Assembly: GCA_964036045.1 (NCBI GenBank)
Contig: OZ038378.1
Span: 162,316,001-162,380,000, forward strand
Direction: 5' to 3'
Length of the DNA: 64,000 nucleotides
DNA from: Eutreptiella sp. 'Long Island Sound 2002'
Taxonomy: Eukaryota > Protista > Euglenida
In this document: in pieces, positions 34,806-47,657 of the stretch
How positions within the stretch are numbered: position 1 is the first letter of the stretch
Layout: every line of letters starts with the position of its first letter
Program-made: the position numbers and the translations under genes
Notes under the pieces: generated by a model
What the model was told of the DNA's origin: nothing
What the model saw: only the letters and a program-made list of their open reading frames with translations
The model's database searches: none

Positions 34806-36454
34806 TTCTTAATTGGTCCAACTGTGTGTAATCTGTTGTTGCCCCTTTCTTGCACTGTGCATCCCCGCGTTACCCCTGGGGTGCTAGGGGAATCTGTTGT
34901 TACACCTGGTTTGGTTGTAGCACCTCGGCTCGGCCACCCCTGGTCTGGACCATACAGGGGCGTGTTGAGCAACTCATTGCTTGCATTGGGCACATTCCAT
35001 ATGAAATGCGATTCACCAACAAACTTTGTGATGATGGTTTGTGTATCTCCCAATTATTCTCTTTTTGTTTTTGACAAGAGGTGAACTTGACATGGAAAAA
35101 GTGAACTGTGGAAAAGTGGTTCCCCAATTGAAATGAACGGCTTGCGCGGACCCATCATTATGTACAGTCTCAATAGAATAAAATCCATGAATCATGCCGC
35201 CATGGATTGTGTTGTAAACCTTGCAAAATTTCAGAAATGACCATTGACAAGAACAAGGCGATTGGCACAGGAGAAATCACACCAATTAATCAGACTTTGG
35301 AGATCCCCAGTCCAAATCATGTTCAAAGCAAGGCTCTGTGATAATTATATGACTTCTGATCACCAAACTAGCAAAGGTCAGCGACACATTGAAACTGTAA
35401 TATCACAATCTCAAATAATGGCCTGCATGATCTGTATATTTGGTGCATCTACATACACCCAGATGCAGGATCGCGCTGATCTCTGAATACCCTATCAGGG
35501 CCATTCCATTACAGTGGGGAAGGATGGGTACAATAATTGCCTGATAATATTGATTGTTTCACTCTGTGATAATCACATGACTTCTGATCATCAAAGTACA
35601 GCAAACGTCAGCGACGTATTGAAACTGTGATATCAAAATCTCAACTCATGATCTGAATCTAATTTCTGGTGCATCTACATACACCCAGATGCACAATCTA
35701 GGATAGCGCTGATCTCTGAATACCCTATCAGGGCCATTCCATTACAGTGGGGAAGGATGGGGGTACAATAGTTGCCTATTACAGTGGGGAAGGATGGGGG
35801 TACAATGGTTGCCTGATAATATTGATTGTTTCACTCTGTGATAATCACATGACTTCTGATCATCAAAATACAGCAAATGTCAGCGACGTATTGAAACTGT
35901 GATATCACAATCTCAACTCATGATCTGAATTTAATTTCTGGTGCATCTACATACACCCAGATGCACAATCTAGGATAGCGCTGATCTTTGAATACCCTAT
36001 CAGGGCCATTCCATTACAGTGGGGAGGGATGGGTACAATAGTTGCTTGATAATGTTCATTTTTTTTTATTTCCCATTTTTTTCGGAGGGGGAGGAGGGGG
36101 GCTGCTGCCTGCATGGTACTCAAGATAAACTGTTGGAATCAAGGTTCAGAGCTGTTCAGTTCCATGATGATCCCACAAATGACTGTGGTAGCCGATCCAA
36201 TCGTTCCCTTTTGCATTCTTTCATGATTCATTTCACGTGCATTGATTGTGCAGGATGTCAGGGCAATAGGGTGAGGACTAACCTATACGTACTATGTTGT
36301 TGACATCGAGGGCAATAGATATTTCATGCACATGTGTGCGCATGATATTACCTCAACAACCACTCACACAACAAAGATGATGACTGCCACACTGAGGGCA
36401 CAGCAATACAACAAACACTGGATGCCATTGCATATGAGGGTGCCCCAGTTGGGC
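34802..36454 (+). repeat. Left arm of long inverted repeat (contains three copies of a ~230-270-bp subrepeat)
   Basis: Near-identical reverse complement of 38816-40223; mirrored ORFs appear in the track (34850..35074+ vs 39951..40175-). Confidence 0.9.
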
Positions 36455-37385
36455 CCCGCGCCGCACCGCGTGCACCGCACACTTTGGTAGACGTGTCATT
36501 TAACGAGTACTACACCCGTTTTCGGGCAGGGGCATGGTAGCCTAAGGGGGCTGCAGCCCACAAACACACCACACACAACCACTCCTGCACCCCAATTGGA
36601 GGGCGGGCGAAAAAAGAGAGGAAGAGGGAAAAGAAGGAAAGGAAGGAGAAAGGGTGAAGGAGGGGGTGGAGGAGGGAGGTGAAAGAGGAGGGCATGGGTA
36701 TGGTAGTGGATGGGGTGGCAGAGTTGGTTGGGGGAGAGGGGGGGGGGGGGACTGGTTTGTGGTTTTACTGGCCGCTCTGTATTGTCTTCTGAATGCCATG
36801 CGATTGAGCACCAATGGGGGCAGTGTTGGAGCCAAATGGTCACAAAAAAGGGGGACAGGGTTTGGAGAATTCGACGTTCCGCCCCGCAGGAGAGCTGATT
36901 TGCGATACGAGTTTCTGCACAGTCGCCCCCCCACAAAATTGTTACATACACGGTGGTGATTTTATGTGAACTTGGGTCTAGGTTGGGACGTCCGTTAGCT
37001 TTTTGGACGATTGTGGTGGGGCAGATGCAACAAGTGGCACATTGCAATCACCAATCCCAGGCCAGACCTCCAGTGCGTTTCCACAAGTCCTAACCCATGC
37101 GTAGGTTGCAGAATCCATCACCCCAAGTGTCATGCTTTCGCGGTCAGTTTTGTACAAACCCAAGAAACGACTTTTCCAGACTTCCAATTTCCCCAAACAG
37201 CACCCGAGAAGCAGTCGACCAAATTGATCAATTTGACCAATTCGACGAATGACGGTGCAAATTTCGAAATTGGCATTTCTAGAAAATTACTCAACCAGAA
37301 TTCGACCAGAGTACAGGGAGGCATTCTGTGGGCTGCCTGTCAGTCCAGCGAGATACAAAAGGATCTCGGTGTCATCATTTTCTGG

Positions 37386-38665
37386 TCACAACCTTAGGAG
37401 GTAGAGCCTATCCAAGGGCGCAGGGCACAGAAAAGTGACACTGCCCTGCGTGTAGGGCCAACCCCATCTTACCGTCATACCCACCCCTTCATGTCCATGC
37501 ATAAGCACGCCATGTCTCAATACGAGGCAGAAAGATCCAGCGGTCCCAGTTGCGCCAGACTGGAATCGGCGCTGCACGGGATCTATGTCGCATTGAACCA
37601 CCTTCAGCTTCACCGCAAGCGACTCAAGGGCCAAATCATCCCTCGGACGCACCACAAGAATGTTCTTGCTCTCCTTACACTTGCTGATGAGGGTGTGCGT
37701 CGACTTCTGCAACTGCTGCACCTTCGCCCCCTTGGCCCCAAAGAAGCGGCCCAAGTCCTTCATCTGGATCTCGAAGCTGTGCGTGGGCGCGATTTGGTAG
37801 ACCCGCAGGGCTTTCTCCACTGCACCGAACTTGGCCTTGTCTGGCGCATAGCACACGACCTGGTCCGTGGACTGGCCGCTTCTCACGTAGAAGCTCACCC
37901 CCAACGCCTCCCGAAGCTCGTTTACATTGGCCCCTTGCTTGCCCACACGAACTGGCTGACCAACGCCGGGTCGATGGCATTGCTGAAGAGGCACACAAAG
38001 GCGTCGCGATGGACCGTCAGATGGCGCTCTTGGGCCGCCAGGCGGGTGGCCTTCTCTGTCTCCTGGTGCTCGAGCCTCGCCAGTTGCTTGTCCCGGAGAA
38101 GGAACAGGTTGTCGATGTCTCCCGCTGCTCGTGCAATCATGTCGGCGGTCAGAGGGCGCGTGGCCCAAAACTCGGGATTCTTGGTGTAGACGGCGCGGTC
38201 ATGCATCGCACTAATAGGGCATTCGTAGTACTTGAGAGTGTCATTCAGGCCCTGCTGGACGTCGCTCAAGGCCAACGTGTCATGCACCCCCGCCAGACGG
38301 ATGTCCAGCAGATGCAACAGTGCGTCTGAATCCTGTCGGCGGTCATGAATTATTTTGATCACTGATTCGTCCTCCAGAATCCCCTTAAGGAATCCGACCA
38401 CCTTTGGCGACGCATCCTTGTCAGCAACGTCGAACGGGAATGTCGGCCCACCTCGGACGCTGAGCTGAATTAGCGACAGAGTGCCCAGACGGCCCAGATG
38501 GACCCCCTCGCAGTCCAGGGCAAGGACGGACTGAAAGGTAAAGAACCATTTCCACTGCTCCAGTTGTTCATCGGCCACAATGACGACCACCCACGGCGCA
38601 GATGCTGTGACAAGACAACGACGGGGATCTACGGCTGGCACACACGGGGGCTGGATGGCCTTCAC
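37386..38665 (-). pseudogene. EXD1/Egalitarian-like DEDDy 3'-5' exonuclease domain followed by two KH domains; 2-nt frameshift (start and end not resolved; may be a large exon)
   Basis: ExoI VLALDCEG, ExoII IIHDRRQDSDAL, FWATRPLT, ExoIII MIARAAGD. KH GxxG loops FVGKQGANVNEL and FFGAKGAKVQQL. An extra TG at ~37944-37948 shifts between track ORFs 37922..38665 and 37386..38168. Confidence 0.8.
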
Positions 38666-38815
38666 CCGAGATATCGTAGGGCCTTGGGGGGGGGGGGGGG
38701 GTGAGACCTAATTATTCAGAAGAATTTGTTTGTTAGGGCCTGGGGGATGAGGAGGGGATGGGATGGGATGGGAGCTTGTCCAACATCTGACAGGCACGTG
38801 CCCACCGACCAATGT

Positions 38816-40223
38816 GCCCAACTGGGGCACCCTCATATGCAATGGCATCCAGTGTTTGTTGTATTGTTGTGCCCTCAGTGTGGCAGTCATCATCTTTGTT
38901 GTGTGAGTGGTTGTTGAGGTAATATCATGCGCACACATGTGCATGAAATATCTATTGCCCTCGATGTCAACAACATAGTACGTGTAGGTTAGTCCTCACC
39001 CTATTGCCCTGACATCCTGCACAATCAATGCACGTGAAATGAATCATGAAAGAATGCAAAAGGGAACGATTGGATCGGCTACCACAGTCATTTGTGGGAT
39101 CATCATGGAACTGAACAGCTCTGAACCTTGATTCCAACAGTTTATCTTGAGTACCATGCAGGCAGCAGCCCCCCTCCTCCCCCTCCGAAAAAAATGGAAA
39201 ATAAAAAAAAAAAGAACATTATCAAGCAACTATTGTACCCATCCCTCCCCACTGTAATGGAATGGCCCTGATAGGGTATTCAAAGATCAGCGCTATCCTA
39301 GATTGTGCATCTGGGTGTATGTAGATGCACCAGAAATTAGATTCAGATCATGAGTTGAGATTTTGATATCACAGTTTCAATACGTCGCTGACATTTGCTG
39401 TACTTTGATGATCAGAAGTCATGTGATTATCACAGAGTGAAACAATCAATATTATCAGGCAATTATTGTACCCATCCTTCCCCACTGTAATGGAATGGCC
39501 CTGATAGGGTATTCAGAGATCAGCGCGATCCTGCATCTGGGTGTATGTAGATGCACCAAATATACAGATCATGCAGGCCATTATTTGAGATTGTGATATT
39601 ACAGTTTCAATGTGTCGCTGACCTTTGCTATAGTTTGGTGATCAGAAGTCATGTAATTATCACAGAGCCTTGCTTTGAACATGATTTGGACTGGGGATCT
39701 CCAAAGTCTGATTAATTGGTGTGATTTCTCCTGTGCCAATCGCCTTGTTCTTGTCAATGGTCATTTCTGAAATTTTGCAAGGTTTACAACACAATCCACC
39801 ATCGAAATGCAATCGGATCACATGGCGGCATGATTCATGGATTTTATTCTATTGAGACTGTACATAATGATGGGTCCGCGCAAGCCGTTCATTTCAATTG
39901 GGGAACCACTTTTCCACAGTTCACTTTTTCCATGTCAAGTTCACCTCTTGTCAAAAACAAAAAGAGAATAATTGGGAAATACACAAACCATCATCACAAA
40001 GTTTGTTGGTGAATCGCATTTCATATGGAATGTGCCCAATGCAAGCAATGAGTTGCTCAACACGCCCCTGTATGGTCCAGACCAGGGGTGGCCGAGCCGA
40101 GGTGCTACAACCAAACCAGGTGTAACAACAGATTCCCCTAGCACCCCAGGGGTAACGCGGGGATGCACAGTGCAAAAAAGGGGCAACAACAGATTACACA
40201 CAGTTGGACCAATTAAGAAACGC
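38816..40223 (-). repeat. Right arm of long inverted repeat (two subrepeat copies)
   Basis: Reverse complement of 34802-36454, lacking one subrepeat copy and carrying a ~21-bp insertion near 39800. Confidence 0.9.
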
Positions 40224-40989
40224 ATTGCCAAAATTCACAGTGCAGAAATTGGCAGAACCAACACCTAGTGTTGTAGGCAAGGGTTTTGGACACAGCGGGG
40301 GGGGGGGGGGTTCAGGTCCGCAAGGACCTGGGGGTCATTGGCAGCCATTACCCTATGCCCGTTGAGGAATCACACTCATTGGAAACAGGCCTTAGACACA
40401 AGAGAAGTGGCATGAGAACAAAATGGGCGCAAAAAGGGGCACGCAAAGGGCCCACTAAAAGGTTGCAAAAAGGGCACAAAAGGGGGTGCAAAAAGGAAGG
40501 AGATAGGTATGCAAAGCGCCTGGCCAGATCTGTAGATCCAACTGGCACAAAAGAAAATTTCTAAGGGCATTGCATCCAAAATCGCCGGACATCATGAAAA
40601 ACAGCGGATGACAACAATGGATGTGTAGTACCATCACTCACCATTTGTGCAAGAAACTCAGCAGTGGCAACTACAAATGGGCGCCACAAGTGGTGGCCCC
40701 TGGTGTCAAAATCTATCAAAAATGACCGAAGAAGGCCTTTTTTCTTGACTTGGGGGATCTTCTAACAGGTTTCGTGTTGGTGACCATATGCATCGGAACC
40801 GTTCTAGATAAAGAAACAATATGCTTGAGCAATAATGGCCGCAATAATGGCCCCATTACCCATTTCAGAAAAGCTTTGAAAAGCCAAAAAAAGCTTTGAA
40901 AATGACCCCGCGTTCCCTACTTTTTTTTGTTTATACCCTTCTTTTGCGCAGCGGGAGTGCTATGCAATGTCTTTTTACTGGGCACTTTT

Positions 40990-41419
40990 GTGGCGGGGTA
41001 AAGCGTGGTGGTGGTGGTGGCAGGGTAAAGCGTGGGGGTGGTGGTGGTGGCGGGGTAAAGCGTGGTGGTGGTGGTGGCGGGGTAAAGCGTGGTGGTTGTG
41101 GTGGTGGTCGTGGTGGTGGCGGGGTAAAGCGTGGTGGTGGTGGTGGCGGGGTAGAGCGTGGGTTGTGGTGGCGGGGTAAAGCGTGTTGGTGGTGATGGCG
41201 GGGTAAAGCGTGGTGGTGGTGGTGGTGGCGGGGTAAAGCGTGGTGGTGGTGGTGGCAGGGTAAAGAGTGGTGGTGGTGGTGGCGGGGTAAACCGTGGTGG
41301 TGGTGGTGGTGGCGGGGTAAAGCGTGGTGGTGGTGGTGGCAGGGTAAAGCGTGTTGGTGGTGGTGGAGGGGTAAAGCGTGGTGGTGGTGGTGGCGGGGTA
41401 AAACGAGGTGGTGGTGGTA
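40990..41419 (+). repeat. Second (GGT)nGGCGGGGTAAAGCGT minisatellite, same orientation as 34235-34805
   Basis: Direct inspection. Confidence 0.95.
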
Positions 41420-44400
41420 GCGAGGCATTGTTGGGGGTGACGGCATCGTTCAGCTGCCCTTAGCGTGCAACACATTAAGGAACATCTTTCAGTGTGGTGG
41501 TGGTGGCGTTCAACTGCAATCATGAGGGGGTGGTGCCAGAGCAATGCATTCCTAATGACAATGAAGCATGTGTGCCCGTCATGAAGCACGCCTCTGCCGA
41601 GATCTCCGGCTAGTGCATTGCGTATTGAAGTGTGGCAATGATATTAAAAGGTAACGTAATGCTTGTTGTGCTTCATCTTGCATTGACCCATGTTGCACAC
41701 ATTGGTCAAGGTACGGTGTTGCCCAAATACGATAATGATAGGTTTGTTGTGACACCATGTGTGTGCAGCACGCCGGTGTAGTGCCATTTGGGTTCATTTT
41801 ACATGAAGTGAATCAACATGAGTCCCACACAAATCCTACGTGAGTATGACATTGGAGTGATGGGATTCTAACATGAGTCCAGCGTGAGTTTGGCATGTGT
41901 CTTACATCAGTTTGACATAAATTTGACATGAGTCTAACTTGAGTGTAATGTAAGTGTGCTTGGTACTTGTAGCACCCGCTACCTCCTCCTTCCCTAGCCC
42001 TTTTCACAGACTATGTAATTGCACAACACCCACACTTCAAATACAAAAGCACAATGGGTGGCGCATGTACCCATGGAGAGGTTAACACTGGCAACAAATT
42101 TGTATCCACCGGAATCCTAGTCCCCCTCATGGGTTGCGGGGAGGACCACTTCTACGGTGATGGGTAGCATAGATATGGGGATTGGACACAAAAGCATGCC
42201 CTCGTCTAGGCACAACGCCGTCTGACCATCACCTGTGCCATGCTTGCGTAGCAGGATGAAGCTTGCACGCATGTTCATTGTGTGCCTCAACAAGCCAGTC
42301 AAAGGCCTTTGCAACCACACAACTCTTTAAGCCGGGAAAACCAAGGGTGGACGGGCTTTCAATTGAGGGGGGGGATAGAGCATCCTAGCTAGACCCTCCC
42401 TCCAAAAAGGCTCAATTGACGGAACCCCCGAAAATCAACCTTGCGACCTTCGTGTTTCAAATGGCGGTGGTAGTTGCGTTTGAGGACACTTGGTCCCCAG
42501 TCCATTCCGGCTACACATGTGTGTAGCGCCCCGCCAAGGCCTTCCATGAGAACCGCATGACCTAGTGAGAGTGAATCATAAACCGGGTGCAAAGGATGGG
42601 CCAGATTCTTAGACACGGCGAGAAGCTACTCCAGATTGTTTGGTGATGGGAGGGGGGGGGGGCAAAAACAGGCACGGGTGGGGAATGGCAAAAAAAAAAG
42701 CTGCCCGGCACGCTAATACTCCCCCTCTAGGCATTGCTAGTAATGCATCTCACGTCTAAGGAAAATGTGAGATTTGGTCTTGCATCTTCGAACTCAAGAT
42801 GCATCAAGATTGGCGAGGCATTTTTGTTTGCCGTCGAAGTTTTTGAAAGTTGCACAAACATTACGGAAAAGTAACGTTTGCAACCTGAAACAGCTTGATG
42901 CACCCATAGTTTATGGGATAGAACATAGGTCTTATGAGCCGAAGAGACGGGTTTGACCCCCATAGGGAGCAGCATGGTACCCACCCTTGTCTTTCTTGCG
43001 TACAACACCTACAATTTTTTTTGGGTATAGACTAAGATAAGCTGGCGTAGCATGCTAACTCAACTCATCAAGGTTCAGAGCTGTCCAGTGCTACGATGAT
43101 CCCACAATGGCGTGGCATAAGGCATAACACGTACAATGCACGACATGGGGGGGATCATCATTAGTACCTCCCTCTCGTGTCGCAGGTCAGTGAGTGAGAT
43201 ATTCCACAAACCCTGTCTTTTTCACAAATTCTTCAGTGTTAATCGACACTCATTTTTCAATTTTTTTTATTCACTCACATCATCCGACAATGAAATCTCT
43301 GATCTAGGATCCATGATTGTGATGCCAACACCACTAGTCTCACGACGTACAATTTCCAACATCCTCTACATTAGGGGTTCCATGGCGCGGATACCTCTTT
43401 TGTTTGGATATTGATTGAAACTCAATGTAACGTACCGCTTTTTGGCTGTCCTCAAACTTCGACCTACAATCCCAACGTTGTATCTCTCCGTGTTGTTTTC
43501 GTATGGCAACAAGTGAAGCAAGTAGTGGTGAGGATTTGGGTGCTACTCCTCCACAGATTATATTTGATGGACCCAGACTTGTGTTGACAGCTGACACGAA
43601 AAATTTTGAAAATGCAAAAGGTTGCGTGGTGGGGGTTGCAAATCAGAAATCAGCATAGGGAATGTGACAAAACCTCTGACAATGGGTTCAAGAGACGGAA
43701 ATCCGCAGCAAGAAGCGCGTCACTCTGCGGCGCTTCTTGTCCAGGGCCATGCAAACGTGTTCTGCTTTTGGTGTTCAGCAGAAAAATGAAACCGAAAAAT
43801 GGTGCTTTGGGGTTCACCACCGTTTTCGCATTGCGGGCACCAAAGAGCAACAGTTGCAGAAGCTTACCATCCCTGTACTCGGCTGTACTTGGCGCAATTA
43901 TGGGCCAAGTTGTTGCACTGTGTGCGCCTCTGCGTGCACACGGCGCACACAGAGGCCGGGATACTCACCCAAGAATATATGTCACCTATCCGGCAGCACG
44001 GCGAAGTTGCAAAGCCCACATGAGAACAATGAAACTGCCTTCAACTTGGTACTCCACTGTCCCTGTGAACAACCCACTCAGACTTGTAAAATACAACTAT
44101 GCAGGGGCATGCAAGATGCACACATGTTCAAATGGCTAGTGCCACACTCGGATATATCACCAGGACGGTATGGTTACATCACCCCTGCCTTCTCTGGGTC
44201 CCCATGGTGGGGAGAAATCAATATGGCTACATCACCCCTGCCTTCTCGGGGCCCCCATATAGTGGGGAGAGTCCAATATGCAGGAAAATGGGTAAAAATG
44301 GTTGAAAATGGGCAGGCAAAAAAGGGTGACAATGCAAATGTGCCACATCCCAAATGCATAGGAAGCTAAAAAACCCCACTATGGAACCAAAAACTTGTCA

Positions 44401-47399
44401 AAGGGGGCCAAAAGGAGGGTCCGAGTATTTGCCGCCATCCAAAAATTCGCACTGCGTGCATGGCATTCCCATGGAATGCAGCTCTGGATGCTGCATGGTT
44501 TCTCTGACTCTAACGATGAGATGAGCGTTGGCACATCCCACTGTGCAGTCTCCAACGAGCCCAAGTGAGAATAGGGCACAGCACTCATCGCGTTGCATGA
44601 TGATGATATTCCTGCTGCCAAGAGCACAGTTTCTTGGGGAATAAAACACTTGTTGGGGAAGACTCTCCAAAGAATATCAGTGCCATTGACCAAGGGGACA
44701 GTTACCAAGGCCCCAAACTGCGGGTGCATGATTTGGGCACCATGCGTCATTTTGTTGTTGTTGTTGTTGTTGGGGGTGGGGGGGTTGCCGTTACCTGCGG
44801 TAAAATGGAGCTGCTTGATATTTCCTTGCACACCCATGCTAATGTTTGAATCTTTGTCAGTCAGTCAAACACCCATTCCGTGAACCTCATACAGTATACC
44901 AATACATTTCAATAGTCTTTGAGCCCTGAAATGAATACCATACTGGGCATGCACTTCCCCAGAACAGTATGCAAATAGCCTCCAAACTAGGGTCCTCAAA
45001 GCTCCCACAGTAAACAAGACTGTGCAATGTGTGCCCCCCACGGCAAACACAGCAAAAAAAAGCAGGTCAAAATGGTTGTGTACTGAGCTCCAGCCTGAAA
45101 CCAATCAAAATGTTGGTAGGGCTACTCGTGGTTTCACTAAACTGCTGCTGCTGATGTATGGTTCAAGGGTGCACTACACCACATGGCTGTAGAGCACAAG
45201 CTGCACGTGTGCACAGCGCGTGCACACTGTGGGCACCTGCGTTCCCGGAAAATGTTTCTGTGACGCATTTTTCCGGGAACCTTTTCCGGTGTGAAGAAAC
45301 GTAATCGTCTGCACTTCGCACACTAAAGACAAGCCACACTGCAATGGCCTGCAATAGTCACAAAACACAAGGGTCAACAGAGCACTGGCACAATTACCAG
45401 GCAGCACAAAACATCAAACCAACGCCCAACGCCAACGCACCTCAAAAAAAGCACAATCCGCACATTCAACATCTCACAGCCCACACATTTTCCTTGTATG
45501 GGTGTGTCCACACAGGTGCTGTGGGTTTATAATGAAAGGACACGATTATTCACCGGGTGAATGCTGCCGGTACAACCACAACTTTGGACCACAGAAAATA
45601 TTACGTGAGGGTTGTGAGTAATGGTGGCTGCATCTCATTTGCGCATGCACGTTGTCGATAGGGGCATGTTGTGAGAGCGGTGGATAAAACGGTGGGCGGT
45701 GAAAGAGTGGGAGTTCCAATGAGGTGGCTTACGCATGTACACGTTTAGAAGTGGGTAACCACCGCGTATCTACTCCTCGTCGTCCTTTCTGGAGAACCCG
45801 TCAACATACATGTGTCATACAGCGAGGGAGAAGGCACAGATGCAAGCCCAATTGCCCAGGCCTCCTGACAGCCAACACCACCCAAATCCATCCAGCTACA
45901 TCACCGACTTAAGGGCAATCCGATCCTCCCCGAATGAAGTATTGCCGTCCCCTGTCACCTCTCATGGAAGTGCCACAATCCACATCGGGTGCGCGTTGCA
46001 CACGCAGCACCGATTTGTGGCCAACCCAGCACCCTGCCAGCCTGGGCTTGGTGCCTTTGTGTGTGTGTTGGGACGGGGGTGGGGGGACAACAACACCATA
46101 TTATAGAGGAGGGGCTGCATGGGTCTGTGGGTCAGCCGTCTTACTGAGGGCACGCTCTGCCTCGCTCTCCCCTGTGAAGGGCGAGCTGCCAGCGCCCTCC
46201 TGCAGATGAGCCCTCGCCTAGGCCAGAGCCTCTGTGCTGGAGACGGTTATGAGCATTCCGTTCCTGCGTGGCCATGCCGCTCCACCGAAGGGCGCCCCGA
46301 AGGGCACGTGCACTTGTTCGGCGCCACTGTGTTGGGACGGGGGGGGGGGGGGTGCCATATCATATCATGTCACATCAACAAAGGCACGAGGGCATAGGCC
46401 CATGCAAAATTTTCGTGGCCATCAGGTTAAGGAGGGGAACGGTATGAAGTAAACGGGAGCACTTGAATAGGTCGGACACTACTGAAGAAGGACTGCAGGC
46501 GGCTTCTGCTGGCAACCCCTGCCCTTGAGTAGGACCACCCGACGGGGCAGATGCAGCCCTGTGTGCGGGCAGAGTAGGGCATGGGATTCCCAAAGGCTGG
46601 TCCAGTGACCAGCGATTGGCAGCGCTGCAGACGTACACTGCATGACATTTCTGTCCGCTACAAAAATGGGGTGAGCTTGGCAGGGTGCAGGAGCGATGGG
46701 CTCAGGGTCAGAGGGAAGCGTCTGCCGGGGGCGGCGGGGGGTGCACCTGTTCCCGGGCCCCGGGCGTGGCTCTGCGGAATGCGCCGGCTGTGGTTGTGAA
46801 GGTGGGCCATGCCCTGACCATCTTCCTCGCCTTTTTGGGAGAGCGGGTGAAGGGGGGGTGGCGGCAACCGACCGGCTGCTGGCAACAGCAGCCGTCCGTT
46901 GCAGAGGAGCGGAGGAGCAGGCAGACATGCATTGGAACAGAAGAGGGGGGGAGGGTTGGACCCGGAGGGGGGGGGGGTGGGCCCTCCTCCTTGCCAACAG
47001 GACTGCCAAACATATTTTTTGGTGCCAAAGTCGCCGGAAATCTATTGCCTTCGGCAAGGCACCTCAAAGAGGGGAGAGGGACAACCATTCTCGAGCTGCC
47101 GAGGCTGGAAAACTGCATCAGCAAAGTGTGCCCTAGACCCCTTGGGACCCCCCCCCCCAACACCCAAATAGGGTGAAAAACACATAAGGAGGGCATTCGT
47201 CTTTTAGCGTCCACTGGCCTATGTACAGAGGCAGAGGGGCCCCCCGCCATCCCGAAGACGAAGCACAGTCCCGTACGGAACCGCCCTGAATCGACACGGC
47301 CCCTACGCCGACCGTCGCTGAGGCCAGGCCGCAGCCCGCACACAGCACATAGAAACGGGAACTGCCGCGCTGGTGCGAGGGGGTGCAGGAAACTGCCCT

Positions 47400-47657
47400 G
47401 AGCCTCTCAAATGAACATTGGCGGGCCCCATCAGGCACACAAGAACAACTGCGGTGGTTGCAGCACCGAGCCTCCAGGTCGGCCCCGTGGGTGCACAGCA
47501 TCTTGACCACCTCCAGGTGCCCGGCGGTCGCCGCGGCCGTGAGCGCGCGCGACTCCAGCTCCGGGAGGAAGACGTTGCACAGGTCCTCCACGAACGACTT
47601 GGTGAGCAGGATGGCGACGGCCAGCCCCTCCTCCGGACGCAATGAGGTCAGTCCCAA
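47400..47657 (-). CDS. Probable exon encoding an ankyrin repeat (boundaries approximate)
   Basis: RALTAAATAGHLEVVKMLCTHGADLEAR with GC3-rich codons. Confidence 0.65.

Noticed and set aside
34150-41589. Poly-Pro, poly-His, poly-Thr and poly-Gly ORFs resembling extensins or mucins
   Set aside because: All frames of the GGT minisatellite are open; there is no unique coding context or splice support.
41450-45100. Several short protein-like minus-strand fragments (e.g. 42117-42616, 43130-43597, 44379-44837)
   Set aside because: No diagnostic motifs or consistent splice phases. They are probably old transposon debris, but I cannot support a call.
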